Assembly: GCA_013265495.1 (NCBI GenBank)
Contig: MU058017.1
Coordinates: 124,001-188,000 of the forward strand
Direction: 5' to 3'
DNA from: Vicugna vicugna
Taxonomy: Eukaryota
Length of the DNA stretch: 64,000 nt
In this document: in pieces, positions 1-13,900 of the stretch
Layout: each line of letters opens with the position of its first letter
Numbering within the stretch: position 1 is the first letter of the stretch
Position numbers and translations under genes: made by a program
The notes under the pieces: generated by a model
Database searches by the model: none
Told to the model about the DNA's origin: nothing
The model's input: only the letters and a program-made list of their open reading frames with translations

Positions 1-600
1 ACATTTCTCTTAAGCAACTGAAGGACTGTCATAATTATCCTTGAGTTAGACGAACACAGCTGTGTTTCTCTAAAACCTCAGCAAGCCTAGATCCTTCAGA
101 ATGATCTGGGTGATTAAATCAATCATCTGTGGTGCCTGGACACCAGAAATACTGGTTAAGCAAAGAGCTAGGCTGATTATAATTAAATAATATATAATTA
201 AATCATTAAATATCGTAGAAATTCTATAAACACATATTGATCATTGACTATAGGTAAAGTACAAGTCAAATGATGTCAGGAATACAAAGGTGCATAAAAT
301 GTGGCTATTTTTCTCCTTGAGCTTTGAGTCTACTGGACTGGGAAAGGCAGAGAGACTGGGAAACATCACAGATCTTTGGGTCACTAAGCACCAAGGCTCC
401 TTCTTGGACTGTCTCCTTCTCACTCCTGCTCAAAGTCTCAGAGACTCAGTCTGATTTTCTTTTCTCCTAGTAGCTGTTTCTGTCCACTCCATCCCCTCTC
501 CATAAATCCAGCTTCCCCATTTCTTACTGCCATAAAGAAAAGGAGTCAATCCCTTTTCATTTTTCATATTTAATCAGTACTAGGTTATTAACAGGAACCC

Positions 601-1205
601 ATAATAACAACCAATATTTACTGTGCACTTATTCTATGCCAGGTAGTGTGCTGAGTCCTTAAAATGCACTATTTATTTTAATCCATGTCAAGATCCTATG
701 ACCTGAGTAATTGTCCACAGATTATTAAATTTAGGCTAAGGGATGTCTAAAATTTGTCCAAGTTCAAACAGGAAGGAAGTAATGGAGCTATGTTATGAGT
801 CCATGTTGCTAGGGACTAAATTATGTGTCCCCAAATCCATATTAAAGATTTAATCCCCAATGTGACTCAATTTGGAGACAGGACCTTTAGGGAGATAATT
901 AAGGTTAAGTGAGGTCATAACAGTGGGCCCTAATGTGATAGAATTTGTGACATTAGAAAAAAAAGAAAAAGACACCAAGAGATGTCTCTCTCTCAGCAGG
1001 CAGAAAGGAAATGCAATGTGAGAACAACTGAGAAGGGGGCCATCAACAAGCCAGGAGGACAGGCCTCACCAGAAACCAACCCTGAAGCATCTTGATCTTA
1101 GAGTCTCTGTGTTTAAGCCACCTAGCCTGTGGCATTTTATTATGGCACCCTGAGCTGACTAATAGATGTCTCACTCCACAGCCTTTTCTTTAAACCACTC
1201 CTCTA
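601..1205 (-). mobile_element. MIR SINE, interrupted by an MLT1A-type LTR
   Basis: 601-805 resembles the reverse complement of the MIR 3' end and core (aatatttactgtgcactta...tgccaggtagtgtgct...ttgtccaagttcaaacag); MIR-like sequence resumes at ~1167-1205. Confidence 0.65.
807..1166 (+). mobile_element. ERVL-MaLR solo LTR (MLT1A-like)
   Basis: Starts tgctagggactaaattatgtgtcccc; typical core aattaaggttaagtgaggtcata...gggccctaat; ends tttaagccacctagcctgtggcattttattatggcaccctgagctgactaata. Confidence 0.85.
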
Positions 1206-1399
1206 TTCTACGCATTTTTATTCACTAAGTTTCTGCAGACATGCTGCTGTTCTGCAAAGAAAAGTCAAAGCACAAGAATATTAATTTCTTAGATGAAGAT
1301 GAGTTCCCACTTAAAACACTTTTCTCTATTTTATAATTGCATTAATCCCTTGCCCATTTTATGAAGCTATCTTATCAGTTCATGGGTGATTATTCAGTC

Positions 1400-1900
1400 T
1401 TGTAAGCTTAAGAAAAAGGTGCTGAAGAATCATAGGTAATGCTTTTGACAAATAACAACCTGGAAGAGTTAGTACAGTTTAAAGTTGATGAAAATAAAGG
1501 TAAGAATGGTACCAGAATTTATACTCTAAAAGGAAATGGTTTTGAATAACAAATTGAAAAGGCCATTGGGAAAACCTGATGAAGCTTCGTATTTCTTTGC
1601 AAAAACGACAATTTCATGTTCTATAAATGTCAAATGTAGAACTAAGGATGCCATAACATTCTAACAAATGGCTTTGCCTGATTTACCCACAAAAAAGAGA
1701 AATTGATTTACACTTTGTTTCTTCCTAATATTAGCACATGGTTGAAGAACATTTCATTTAATAACCTAATTATATTACTTGGTTTAATAAATATACTTTT
1801 ATAATTTTTAGGTTCATTTTTCAATAAAAACTTCAACAAATCTTTTATGCACTGTTCAATATGAAATTTTGGTCCCTATTGAAGTGAATTCACTTTGGTC
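1400..1900 (+). mobile_element. Degenerate TcMar-Tigger transposase remnant
   Basis: Decayed reading LEES.VMLLTNNNLEELVQ...IEKAIGK.DEA resembles the C-terminal part of old Tigger transposases; subfamily not determined. Confidence 0.4.
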
Positions 1901-2894
1901 TTTTAACAGAACTAAGTTATAAAGTTTATAAAACTTAAATAACAAAAGTTACTTCATTTCTAGTTTTCCATTTACTTCTTAGATAATAAAGGGAAGCTTC
2001 TTTGGTATGTTGCCTCTTATTTTTATTTCTAAGCATCAGAGTTAACAATCAATCTCCGTATCTCCTTTTCTGGTTTCTGTCACTACACTACAACAATGAT
2101 AACAGCCAACAAAAGATAATGTTTTGAGTTTTAGTCCTAAATTCAATTAGCAATTCTACAACTTTTATTTTGGTTGACTCCCTTGATGAAAATCCAGCTT
2201 CAAAGACATGCATGCTCTATGTTCTCCAATGGAACAGTTTGTTCAGGCTAAAATTGAGTCCAACAGGTAGAGAGAAAACAGCTGTACGAACGAGAGAGAA
2301 TGTTATTTGTGAGTAGCCAGTCATCATTATTAGAAAGTATCCTCTATATGTACATTTATGGAACAAATATATATTCATGATGACAAATAGGAGAATAAAA
2401 ATTAATGTCTTAGGAAAATGCTGTTTTGGCAAGGTTCCCAATTCAATTTAGTATCATGAGTTCTTGAAATATCACCTAAGACTCCTTAAGCCTACCTTTT
2501 CTGAGAAGGTATTGTCTTTCAACCAGCAGTCTGAAGCAAGATGTCTAAGAGCCTGAAATATCTTTTCCATTTTTAAAGCTTCAAACCTCTCCACGAGAAG
2601 GGATTTATGACTAAGTCTGATATATTCGATCATTTCCCCTGTATTTTTCCTGGCACTGTGTTGAAAGGGTGACTTAAACGTTAAAAGATTTATGTGTCAT
2701 ATAAAGTAAAGGCAGTCAGTTTGTCATCAGAGGTGTGATTTTGGCTGCCATCTGGCTGAAATAATGAGTTCTTTCCTGTTTAGTGACAGGGCAAAAAGAA
2801 AAAGGTGAAGAGGACCAGAGAATAGTATTATGGAATCAACTCTGAGCAACAGATTTGGAGAGCCATTCATGTACTTGTGTGACAGCAGAGAAGT

Positions 2895-3115
2895 AAGAAA
2901 GCTTTGGTTTTGGTGTCAGACAGACCTGAGTTCTGAATCTGAATCCCCTTAACACTGCATAAACTTTAACTGAATAAATAAGTACTCTGAATCTCAGCTT
3001 CCTCATCGGAAAAATGGGAACTAATAATAGGGTTGTTGTAAGATTAAATGTGGTAATATACACATAGTGGTAAGCAAGCACAGAGTTGACATGTGGCAGA
3101 TCAATCAATAAAACT
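2895..3115 (+). mobile_element. MIR SINE
   Basis: gtcagacagacctgagttc...ctctgaatctcagcttcctcatcggaaaaatggga...gggttgttgtaagattaaatg. Confidence 0.85.
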
Positions 3116-3334
3116 ATCATCAAGATATTTTATAAGAAATAGGTAAAAGTTATTTTTAAAAATCTCCTAACCTCTAAATTACTTTTTCTCAAAATGAGGC
3201 ATGAGGAAAATTTGCAGCAACATCACAGTATGGGATGCTCATTTCTGGCTCCCACACAGATCTCCGCAATTTTCCTAATGTATTTATTATTGAATTAAGC
3301 AGGTTGATAATATAGAACATAATCTAGGAAGGTC

Positions 3335-3585
3335 ACTTTAGACAAGGTGGGCTGGTAAAACCTGGTCAGAGGAGGTGACAGCTGAACTGAGACTTAAAGG
3401 AGGAAACTGAGACCAACACAGAAAGTTGGGGGGAAAGCATTTCAGGCAGAAAGAATGAAAAAAAAAAATTAATGGCCTGGCAGTCTGAAGACTTGGCATG
3501 CTGTTAAAAGAGACAAATGTAATTGGAATGTAGTGAGAGAGAAGAATGGCATGAAATGATACTGGAGGTGTTAGAGAAGAAAGAA
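3335..3585 (-). mobile_element. L2 3' fragment
   Basis: gaggaggtgacagctgaactgagactt...agcatttcaggcagaaaga: typical antisense L2 3' motifs. Confidence 0.7.
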
Positions 3586-3589
3586 ATTG

Positions 3590-5820
3590 TCCCCTCTTAG
3601 GCCACTCACATACATTTTCTTCCCACTGTAAATTCTTCCCATCTGGAAGCATCTTTTCCAGAATTAAAGTTGGTCTCTTTTTCTTGGGAACTATACAAGG
3701 GTTGGTTAATGGGATAAACTATGGGAACTACCATACTGCTGTCTCGCCAGCAACTGATATTCATCATCTCTCTCCTCTACCAACCATTCTAGATTCCCTT
3801 CAGTTAGCATTTCTGCTGGTCTAGGTGGCTTACTTGGTGGGTAGCCCACACCATTATTCATGATGAATCTAAGTCCCTGGTCACCATGACATTCTCAGGC
3901 CATTACTAATGTACTTTACCATTACTATCAAAATTGAGCAGACTTGCAGGGCCATGGCTAAAGATGGCCCACTGGACCGTCTGGTTGCCAAATATATTCT
4001 TCCCTGTTCCCACTACATAATAGCTGCTCTACTTCCCCCTAGTATTTAGGGTCAGTTATGCTTTCCCTCTAATCTCTTTGCATGAGGAGCCTATAGTAGC
4101 TGGAAGACAGCCATACCTTAAGTCACCTGGACATTTACTATATACCCTAATAAAAGCATTACACCCTGTAACCTCTAGCCTCAGAGCATAAAGCTCTTGG
4201 ATTGGAAAGTACATTATTTCCCCTATGTGGATCACTGAAAGTAATGATATGTGGGGCAGTTCTGATTTCCACACCTTGGTTCATGAACCAATTTATTAAA
4301 CCTACTGACATAACACTATATGAAGTCATTGATCTAGAGGTGGTGTCAATACATTTTTTTTCTGTAAAAGATTTAACAGTAAATATTTTAGGTGTTGCAG
4401 ATCATATGGTTTTGTCACAACTACTCAACTTTGCCACTACAGTGTGAAAGCTATCAAAGGCAATATGTAAATGAAAAAAAATGATTGTGTTCTAATTAAA
4501 CTTTATTAACAACAAAGGTGGCAGGCCAGATATGGTGCTTGGACTGCAGTTTGTTGGCCTCTGATTTGGAGTGTACAGTGCATCCTCGAAGATGACACCC
4601 ACTTCTTGCAGAGTCATATCCTAGCTGATGCAAGGGCTGCATAATCAAAAGATCGTTGGATCACCCTTTCAGGTTGGTAGCTTCTGGGCAGTGAGGTGGC
4701 ATGTGACAAGACCCACTACCACACCCTCTTTGTTGCAGGTGGGATTTGGGATCTGATTTGATGTTATGTGGGATATCTGATTATCTGGTCATCAGATTAA
4801 ATATTTTGTAGCCCTCAAATAGTGGTGCTGGCCAAGGATACATCAGCAGGAATGACAAAATAAAAGCCACTTTCTCCAGGGTAAAAGTGACCCAATGTAA
4901 CCAATTTATTATCAATTGTCTGGGTATCCTTTTCAAGCAATTAGGCCTCAGTATTAGTTTCTCTTGCTGACATGTTGGATATTTAGAAGGGATAGTAGCT
5001 AGGTAAGTTTTGATAAGTGGGAACAGATGAGTTGGGCCCAGGAAGAGCCTCTATTCTTGTCATCCTGGCTAATCCATTCATGAGCTCATTGTCCCAGCAT
5101 TGAGGTGGTAGATGACAGATGCTATCTGACATCAGCTGGCCCATAAGTTCAACATGGTAATTTTCCTCACTATAAAAGTCTCTAGTAACATAAGGTCTGC
5201 GGGGTCATATGGTCCATGTATTAGAGCTATTTGTATTACGGCCTGATCTTGCTACAGACCTCTTACCTACCTGCTTTGAGCCTCACTAAAAGCAGGTAGC
5301 ATTTATGCCACTTGATAAGTGGATCCAAGAAGTATTACCAAGTGTAAAATGTTGCCTCCCAATACCTAAGGAGGCATACAAAGTGCTGTGCTACCTTCCT
5401 AGTGGTGAGACGTATGAGGTGTAAAAGCTTTCTGATTATGGAGGTGATATACAGACATGCTCCTGACTACTGTGAAATTCAATTATGTGGCAGTTTATGA
5501 ATCTTCCTAATGCATATCCCCCACCTCTGGAGCATATGTCTTATCAAGGCACTCATATATCTCATCAAGGGCTGCAACATATTCATCACCCATTGCTTAG
5601 CTGTTCCAGTTAACAAGAGCTATCACTATAAAGGACCAATGTGATACACTATAGAGTATCCAAATGGCTGATGTCTCTTGGAACAATATTATGAGACAGC
5701 TGGAGAGTTTACATAGCCTGAATCAAGACTGTAATGTTCTGTATTTTCTATTCTATGTGAATGCAGTTTTAACCTCTCTTTTGACAGATGAAAAATATTA
5801 CATTTGTCAGATTAATGTCA
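3590..5820 (-). mobile_element. ERVL-class internal region (pol and 3' internal), decayed; LTR16-associated
   Basis: The minus strand gives frameshifted ERVL RT-like motifs (LIRHM.SRG, LLHL...TTRK.AQHFV.L...W.QH, IYQV-like); a purine tract (AAGAGGGGAC) marks the 3' end near 3590; interrupted by MER58A. Confidence 0.75.
4340..4563 (+). mobile_element. MER58A hAT-Charlie MITE
   Basis: ttttctgtaaaag...gtaaatattttagg...acaactactcaactttgccact...ggcaggccagat...tgcagtttg; candidate 8-bp TSD atctagag / atttggag. Confidence 0.85.
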
Positions 5821-5844
5821 AATGTTGACAATAATTAATAATTA

Positions 5845-6646
5845 AATATGAGCTCTGAAAGTCAAGGCCTTCCTGGTAGAACAAAAAGAGACTCTCAATT
5901 ACTGAAGGAAGAAAATAACTTTATAAATATAGTAGAGCTCTAGAAAAAGCTCACTTCTCAACTGTGGCAAATCTGATATACGAAGATCAGAAGTCTAATT
6001 TGGAAAGCACAGAATCCTGATTCTAGGGATGGAGCCATTTGGGTGAATGTATCAAAAATTTTGAATTCCTAGATCCTCCTGACCTCCCTGAGCCCACAGA
6101 AGTGGCCCAAACATCCCTGTTAAAGGCTGGTGCTTCCCCTTTCTGCTTTGTGATACAATATGCATTACTCTCAGGATATGTCTCTACTTCCTCTCCTGAC
6201 CACCAGACCAATATCTAGGGTCCATTTATAATATCACCCAACCAGGGAAGTGCTAGGTCTGATAAAGGAAAAGGAATATATGCCAAAGATCAGTTAAGAC
6301 CTGGTTAACACATATTAGTAAAGGTCAAGAGATTTGTTCCTGAGGTGCTGGATCAGGGGGAGAGAACACAAAGTTCGATAAGTGAGAGTTTATTTGCCAC
6401 TCTTCTGGGACATAGGAATTAACTTCCTGGCAAGACTTTAGGGGAAAAAAAAGAGTTAATATACTCCTAGGATGATCCGTGGAAGTTTGGGAAAAAATGA
6501 AAGCCTGTTCTAAGTGAAGTGGAAATTCTAGAACCACTGTGGCAAACAGCTGAGATAGTGATCAACAGGCAGAGAGAAGTGAACAGGCTAGAGGAGACAC
6601 ACTGTGTATGGCTGGAAAACCCTTCAGCTGACAATATTTTGTGGGA
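5845..6646 (+). mobile_element. ERVL gag remnant, inverted relative to the flanking pol and LTR
   Basis: Plus-strand gag-like motifs: DG.IWV, DPPD.PEPTEVA, EVLGL..EKEY.PK, LRVLDQG-like (ctgaggtgctggatcaggggg), ENPSADNILWE. Confidence 0.7.
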
Positions 6647-6990
6647 GGCAAAGTTGGGACAAGCTGAACTGCAAGGTAGTCCTCTAATAAAGGCCTCAGC
6701 CAGTCTTCTAGGAAGTTCTGGCACTAGGAATGGCCCTTCAGTATAGTCCCAAATGGAGGCAATGAGACTGGGCCTTTGTACCCTCCTCAGTAATAAGTTA
6801 TTGGATGCAAGCTGCTCAAGGAAGGGAGTACAACTTTGGGTGAGGCAGACTCCTTTAGCCAAGGCCAATGCCCAGAGAAAGTCTAAGCGAAGAGCTATTA
6901 GTAACCAATACTTTTACCAGGTACCAATACCTGGGGTAATGAGTGCTGTGGTTCTGGAAGGGTAGGACTGTGCTCTATAGCATTCTCTAT
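6647..6990 (-). mobile_element. LTR16C-like ERVL LTR (partial)
   Basis: ggcctcagcc...ggaatggcccttcag...gtcccaaatggaggcaa...gggcctttgtaccc...attggatgc...ttgggtgaggcag is the reverse complement of LTR16C as I recall it. Confidence 0.8.
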
Positions 6991-8419
6991 ACCATCATTA
7001 TTGAATCTACTCTTGAGTGAATACAGGCCTCTATTCATCTTTCAAAATTACTCAAGTGGCAAAGAAAATTGGAGCCAGGAGAATTCTTGGACATGTGATC
7101 AAGCAGACACTTTGAGAAAAAGGGATCTGCACAAGAAATGGCTCATCTCAAGTGTCCAAGAGTTTTACATTACCACAGCTGACTTCAGTGTAATTCACAA
7201 TTGTTTCTAAAGATCCAAGACAATTACTCATTTATTTCTTCCTAAGAAAATCTTTTCCAATTTTATAAGTGAGGAAGAAATGTCATAATATTTAGAATAG
7301 AAAGAGTTGGTATGCTTCCAGTAAAGCAAACCCTACAACTGAAGTTCTTTTTAAACTGATTCTCCCGTGGATGAATAAACTAGCACAGCCAAAGCCCTCC
7401 CACCATCTTTTGAGTTTGACCTATGAGCCTTTACAATATGACTTTTCAGGACAGGGATTTCTGCTAACCCTTTGTAATCAAGACATTATCCAGTCAACCA
7501 AAATGTTTGTTAAACTCCTGTGTGGCCATGACAAGAACTATAAGATATTGGGCTGCTGCAGTATCAGTGACTCCCAAAAATAAAGTATGTGATTTCTTTC
7601 ACCAACATTTAATGTGCTGGATGTGACTAATCTGATTTTTCATGATGCACCTTTTAGTCAGTAAGAACTCTTGTGTTAACCATTGATACATAAATTTCCT
7701 AGAACTAAAGAATTAACAAAGTTCAGAAGCTAATTCCTCGGTCTAACTTCAATATCTGAAATTCAGTTCAACTTAGATCCCAATCTCGGGTATCTGGAAT
7801 CCTCAAAGAGAACTAGTGAGTCCCTGATACCTAGAAGCACCATATTTTGCTCTTGCTGATTTCTGATACTTTTAGGACAGCTTTACCCATGGAGGGGAAG
7901 AAAGCATTCATGCATTGTTGTTCATCAGTAAACCTTGAGAACTGGTGAAGGACTGAGCAGAGAACTAAACTTTTTAGCTGTCAGCAATACTTAAATACTT
8001 TTTAGAATGCTAAATTTAAAGACTTAATCCAAACACTATCTAAATAAACCAATAAATATAAAACACACATAAAGAACTAAGGGTAAGAATGTGAGTTCAT
8101 GTTAACTTGTTTATAAATAATGAACAGCTCAGGGAGACTGATTTTATATACAGTGCATTCTTCCCTTGGTGCTTGCCATGTGTTTAGGAAAATGAAAATG
8201 TATTACAGCTGGAAAGTCAGTGAACTGCTTTATGCCAATGCTCCAGACTTTTCTTCTGGATCCTACGTTCAAGGAAACACTTGAGACTATGCAGAACCCT
8301 TCCTGGACAAAGCAACCTGGGGATGATCCTGCTTGGCTTCCTTCTGTATAGAAAAGGCAGTGAGAATTTTTTAGGCTCTAGAATCATGTTCCTCATCACT
8401 ATCCAAGCCATACTACCAC

Positions 8420-8580
8420 TTGTTAAAATCCTACGAGGGTGACACTATTATTCTCATTTCACAGATGACGAATCTGAGACACAAGAGATGTTAAATGTCC
8501 TGTCTGAAGTCACAAGGCTAGTAAAATCGGAGACATCATTCAATCTTCAGCAATTTGCTTGGAGAACTGTGGCTTTAATT
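8420..8580 (-). mobile_element. MIR SINE fragment
   Basis: ctattattctcatttcacagatgacgaatctgagacac...gtcacaaggctagtaa. Confidence 0.8.
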
Positions 8581-9419
8581 AATTGGTGTGCTGACTTCTG
8601 CTCTCATTATTTATTAACAATATTAATAAAACCAGGAGCATTTGAGAAGAATAATCAGGAATGATATAAAAATCATATAAATGAAGCTGATTACCCCATT
8701 TGATCCTATTTTTGCCTAGTCAGGTGTCTGCATTTGATTTGCAAATCTTCACAAGAATTATGACCCTCAATGGCCCACAAATGTTTCAGACACTTAAAAG
8801 GAACTGACTGAATAATTTTTCTGGTCATCTTGAAAATACTGTTACGAAGACCATTCCTCTCAAAGCTCTGAATTATCCAGGTGGCATATTTGCTTTGCCA
8901 GCTAATTAATCTACTAAATAAATTTAAATAAATTACTAATGCAATTCTATCAGATGTGATTTTTGGGCTTATTTTTCTCGGCTTTATTTTTCTAAGTAAA
9001 AGTATGAACCTACATTAGATTATCATATCTCAACTTTTTCTGATTTTAAAAGAAATATACACTTAATATATGAAATCTAATGAATAGTGAAAGTTGTACA
9101 GTTGAAAACAACATTTATTTATACTCCTACCTGACAAAGATACTAGTAACATTTTCATAGACTTTTCTCCTCCTCTTCTTCCTCCCTCTCTCTCCTCTTC
9201 CTCCTCCATTTAGTTTTTCTGTACCGCCACTATTAGGGTGCATTCTATAAGTATGGCTTTCCATTCTCCTTTATATCACTGCTTACTTGAATTAATCATT
9301 AAATATTCTTCAAAAGCAAAGAAGCAATTTTAGTGGCTGATTGAATAATATCATATTATATGAATGCAGCTTAATGAATATTTTGACATGTTTGTTTGAA
9401 AAATAAAACTGTAAGACTC

Positions 9420-9760
9420 TTCTGTTCATCTCATTGCCAAAATACTATCACCACTTTCAGATACCTGCACAAGTCTCTTCAGTGAGCTCCTGCAACTTCT
9501 AATCCCCACCAATCTAGTCTCCACCTGCAGTCAACACCATTGGCAAAACTATATGATTGCTTTTAGAATAAACACCAGATACTTTACTGCAACTATTAAT
9601 CCCTGGATGGTTTGGCTGCTGCCTCCATCACCAGTCTCTTCTTAAACAAACCCCCATTTTATTCCCTGGTCTCTCACCATAAGATCTTTGCTACGGTTGT
9701 TTCCTCTTCCTAGAATTCATGTTCTTCAATTATTTAACCTTTAATAATTCCTCAAGTTTC
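9420..9760 (+). mobile_element. L2 fragment
   Basis: aatctagtctccac...attgcttttagaataaa...tggctgctgcctcc...gttgtttcctcttcctagaat. Confidence 0.6.
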
Positions 9761-9764
9761 TTAG

Positions 9765-11560
9765 ATTTATTGATCTTTTATACTGCCTTTTGATCTCAGT
9801 TTTATTTATTTCCCTTCTGATCTTTATTATTTCATTCTTTCTGCTAACTTTGGGCCTTGTTCTTCTTTTTCTAATTCCTTTAGGTGGATGGTTAGATTAT
9901 TTGAGATTTTTCTTACTTCTTGAGGAAGGCCTATATCACTATAAATGTCCCTCTTAGAGCTACTTTGCTATATCCTATATATTTTGGGGTATGTTTCTAT
10001 TTTCAATTTTCTTGAGGTTTTCTGATTTACTTTTTGATTTTTTCATCAACCGATCAGTTTTTGGTAGTATGCTGTTCAGTCTTCATGTGTTTGTTTTTTT
10101 TCCCAATTTTCTTTCTGAAAATGATTTCTAATTTCATGCTGTTGTGGTCAGAAAAAAATGCTTAGTATACTTTCTATCCTCTTAAATTTGTTGAGACTTG
10201 TTTTGTGACCTAGCTTGTGATCTAACCTGGAGAATGATTCATGTGCACTTGAAAAAAATGTGTATTAAGGAATGTAATGTCATATATATATATATATAGT
10301 CCAATTGGTACACTGTGTCATTTAAGACCACTGTTGTTTCATTGATTTTTTTGGGGGGGGAGGGGGCCTAGATTTTCTATCTACTCATGTCAGCAGTGTT
10401 AAAGTCCCTACTATTAATGTGCAATTGTCAGTTTCTCCTTTTGTGTCAGTTAGTATTTGCTTTGTAAATTCAAGTGTTCCTGTACTGGGTGCATGTATGT
10501 TAATGAGTGTAGTATCTTCTTCTTGTATTGATCCCTTTATCATAAGTAATGCCTTTCTTTGTCTTTTGTTATAGCCTTTGTTTTAACATCTATTTTGTGT
10601 GATACGAGTATTGCTACTCTCACTTTTTTGTCATTTCCATGTGCATAAAATACCTTTTCCTATCTTCTTATTTTCAGTCTGTGTGTGTCTTCAGCTCTGA
10701 AGTGAGCCTCTTGTAGGCCAGCATATAGAAATGTCTTCTTTTTTAATCCAATCAGCCACCCTACGTCTTTTGATTGGAGCATTTAGTCCACTGACATTTA
10801 AAGTAATTATTGATTGGTATGTACTTCCTGCCATTTTATTACTTGTTTTCCATTTGTTTTTGTAGTTCTTTTTTGTTTGTTTCTTCTTTTTGTTTCTTCC
10901 CTTGTGGTTTGATAATTTTCTTTAGTATTATGTTTGTTTTCCTTTCTTTCTAGCTTTTGTGTATCTGTTGTTATGTTTTTGATTTGTGGTTACCATGGGG
11001 TTTACATACACTGAACTATATCTACTTGTTTTAAACTAGCTGCCATTTTTTTTAAACTCATAAAAGGCTTTTTACTGATTTTAACTCACTTCCTGGAAAG
11101 TTAATTTTTAAAACACGCTATGGGAGTTTGTCCATCCCTTGTAATACATTTTAAAATATCTACATTTTTTACTCCTCTATCCCATATTTTGGTTTTGATG
11201 TCATATTTTACATTTTCACGTTTATTCCTTAACTGTTTACTATACTTACAATAGCTTTTATAAATTTTCTTCTACTCTTCTTATTGGCTTATTTAAACGG
11301 TTGATCCTTAGTCCTAACTACATATTTGCCTGCCTTTCCTAGCAGATTTTCACTTTACTATATAATCTTATTTTTATCCCAGTTAAACAAGACCCTTTAA
11401 TTTTTATTTCAGGGGAGGCTTAGTATTGATGAAGTTTTAGTTTTTGCTTGCCTGAGAAGTTCTTTATCTTTCCTATTCTAAATTATAATCTTATGGAGTA
11501 GAGTACCTTAGGTTGCAAGTTTTTAGTTTTCAGCACTTTGAATATATTATGTCTCTCCTT
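9765..11560 (-). mobile_element. L1 fragment (ORF1 3' part, inter-ORF and ORF2 endonuclease region)
   Basis: ctgatctttattatttc...ctgctaactttgggc; gtgttaaagtcccctact-like EN motif; ctgaagtgagcctcttgtagg; cagcactttgaatatat (ORF1). Confidence 0.9.
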
Positions 11561-11789
11561 TATTATGTTTTACTAATTGTTACTTTTGGAATTAAAGTAA
11601 AGAGAACTTGATCAACCATCATCTTGGTTCATGACACATTATCACCCTTGGTCCATGTACAGCTTACTTGGATTCATTTATTTACTGTTAAATAATACAA
11701 TGAATCTTGGTTCCAATTACCAATCAAGAAATCGTCACAAAAATACACCACTTTGAATTGTATATTCATAATGTCTTGCTTTCTTAAAA

Positions 11790-12841
11790 TTTTTTTAATT
11801 ATGTATAATATATATCAGTATGTAAAATACATATTCACAAATACATGCATAGTTATATGCATATAAATGTCTATATAAGTATATACAAATGTATCTATAA
11901 ATATGTTTGTGTCTATATAAACATATGTATATGAATGTAAATGTAAGCATACATATATATTGCTTACTTTGAACTTTGTAAAAAAGGCATTTGGCTTTTG
12001 TAGTCTTCTGTCACTTTTTTTTTTTTCACTCAGCATTTTACCAAGTTTTATCCATCCTATTGTACATAGCTTTAATTCAATCATTTTACTGTTTCATAAT
12101 GTATTATAGGAATAAGCCAAAATTTATCAGTCCATTCTCTTGTCAATGAGAAGTTTGTTTACTTTGAATTTTCTATTGTTACAGTTTTCTATAAAGCTTC
12201 TTACATATGTATGCCTTCTGTATAGTTTAAAGAATTTCCCTTAAGTATATATACAAGTAATTTATTTGGGATTTCTAGGGTATACAATGTGTTCATTTAA
12301 AATTACAGGAAACATCATACATCTAGCCAAAACCATTGCCACAGTTTACATTCATCAGCAATGTAAAAGAGTTTCCACTGATCCACATTCTCTCCAACCC
12401 TCAGTACTATCACATTTTCTTAGATTCTGCCAAGTATATGCATATAAAATGGTATCTCATTTAGGTATCACTTTATCTCATTTTCTTGGTTTGCTTTCCC
12501 TGGGTAAGTCTGAATATCTCATGTGTGTTTCCTTCACTATAATATGTCTATTCAAATCTTTTAAGTATTTTTCTATTGGCCTTTGTCTTTTTCTTAATTT
12601 GTAAGCATTACTGATATGTTTTTGAGGGTAATTCTTTGTCCTTTATGTGTGTTACAAACATCTACTATCAGTTTATATTCTGCCCTTTTACTTTAAGAAA
12701 TCTTTTAATAAACATAAGTTGAAATCTTAATTCAATTTATTAGTCTTTTCTTTTATAATCAACATGTTATCTTCTCTAGAAAAGAAATATTTTGAAGTAT
12801 TTCTTTTCACATTTAATTCCCTAATCTACTTGAAGGTGATA

Positions 12842-12877
<36 letters not shown>

Positions 12878-13900
12878 CATGTGCACACGTGTATATGGTT
12901 TGAGACAGAAATCTAATTTCCTTTTTTGCCATATAGGTAACTGACTCTTCAATCTCCACTTACAAGGAAGTCTCTACTTTTGCCAGTGACTTGCCTTTCC
13001 ACTTTTGTCCTACATGAAAGTGCATATACGTGTGTTAATGGGCTCTGGATAATATTCTATTGGTTTATTTTTCTATTTCAGCACTAATATTTCACTGCCT
13101 TAGTTGCTACAGTTCTATAATAAGTATTGATATCTGGCTATTTCATATTCTTTACTTCTCTTATTGAAGTATGCAGGGTTACTCACTACTACTTATTTTT
13201 TTATGTAGATATGTATTGGTCATTTATTATTCCATATAAATTTTAGAATAGGCTTGTCATATTCCATAAAAACCTTGTTAGAACTGTGATTGGAATTATA
13301 TTGAATGGAGAATTGGGGGGAAATCAACACTCCAACAACACTGAATATTTCTATCCATGTATATAGGATAGATCTCAATTTATTTATATTTTTCCTATTA
13401 TTATTCAGTAAAATTTTATTAAATTCTGCCTATAAATCTTGCAAAATTTTATTGGGTTAATCCCTAAGTTCTTTATAGTTATTTTAGCTACTGTATATAT
13501 TGCCTCTTGAGTTTTCATTTTCTAAGTATTATTCCTAGGATACAGAAATGCAACTGACTTTTGAATACTGAATTTATATCCAGCAACCAAATTAAACTCT
13601 TATGATTTTTTATAAATTATATCTGATTCTACAACATTTTTATATAGACACTCATATCATTTGTAAATATCAATTTTATTTCCTCCTTTCAACTTCATGC
13701 TTTATTTGCTTATTGCACTACATAGTACTTCAAATACAATTTTTCATATAAGTAAGTATTTACTTACTTATACTATAAGTTACTATACAGTGCTTGGTTC
13801 CAAAGGAATGCCTCTTATACTTTCCAATTTTGGATTATGTTAATTTGTTTTTATGGATATGTTATCAGATTTAGGTAATACTCTTCCAATCTTACCTTTT
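11790..13900 (-). mobile_element. Old L1 (L1ME-like), 3' end through ORF2
   Basis: ttttcactcagcatt...tccattctcttgtcaatg...catcagcaatgtaaaagagtttcc...ttccatataaattttagaat...gaaatgcaactgacttttg; highly diverged. Confidence 0.8.
12846..12873. repeat. (TG)14 microsatellite
   Basis: Direct read. Confidence 0.95.

Noticed and set aside
11800..11960. 89-aa ORF at 11815-12084
   Set aside because: Low-complexity TA-rich sequence within an L1ME 3' UTR.
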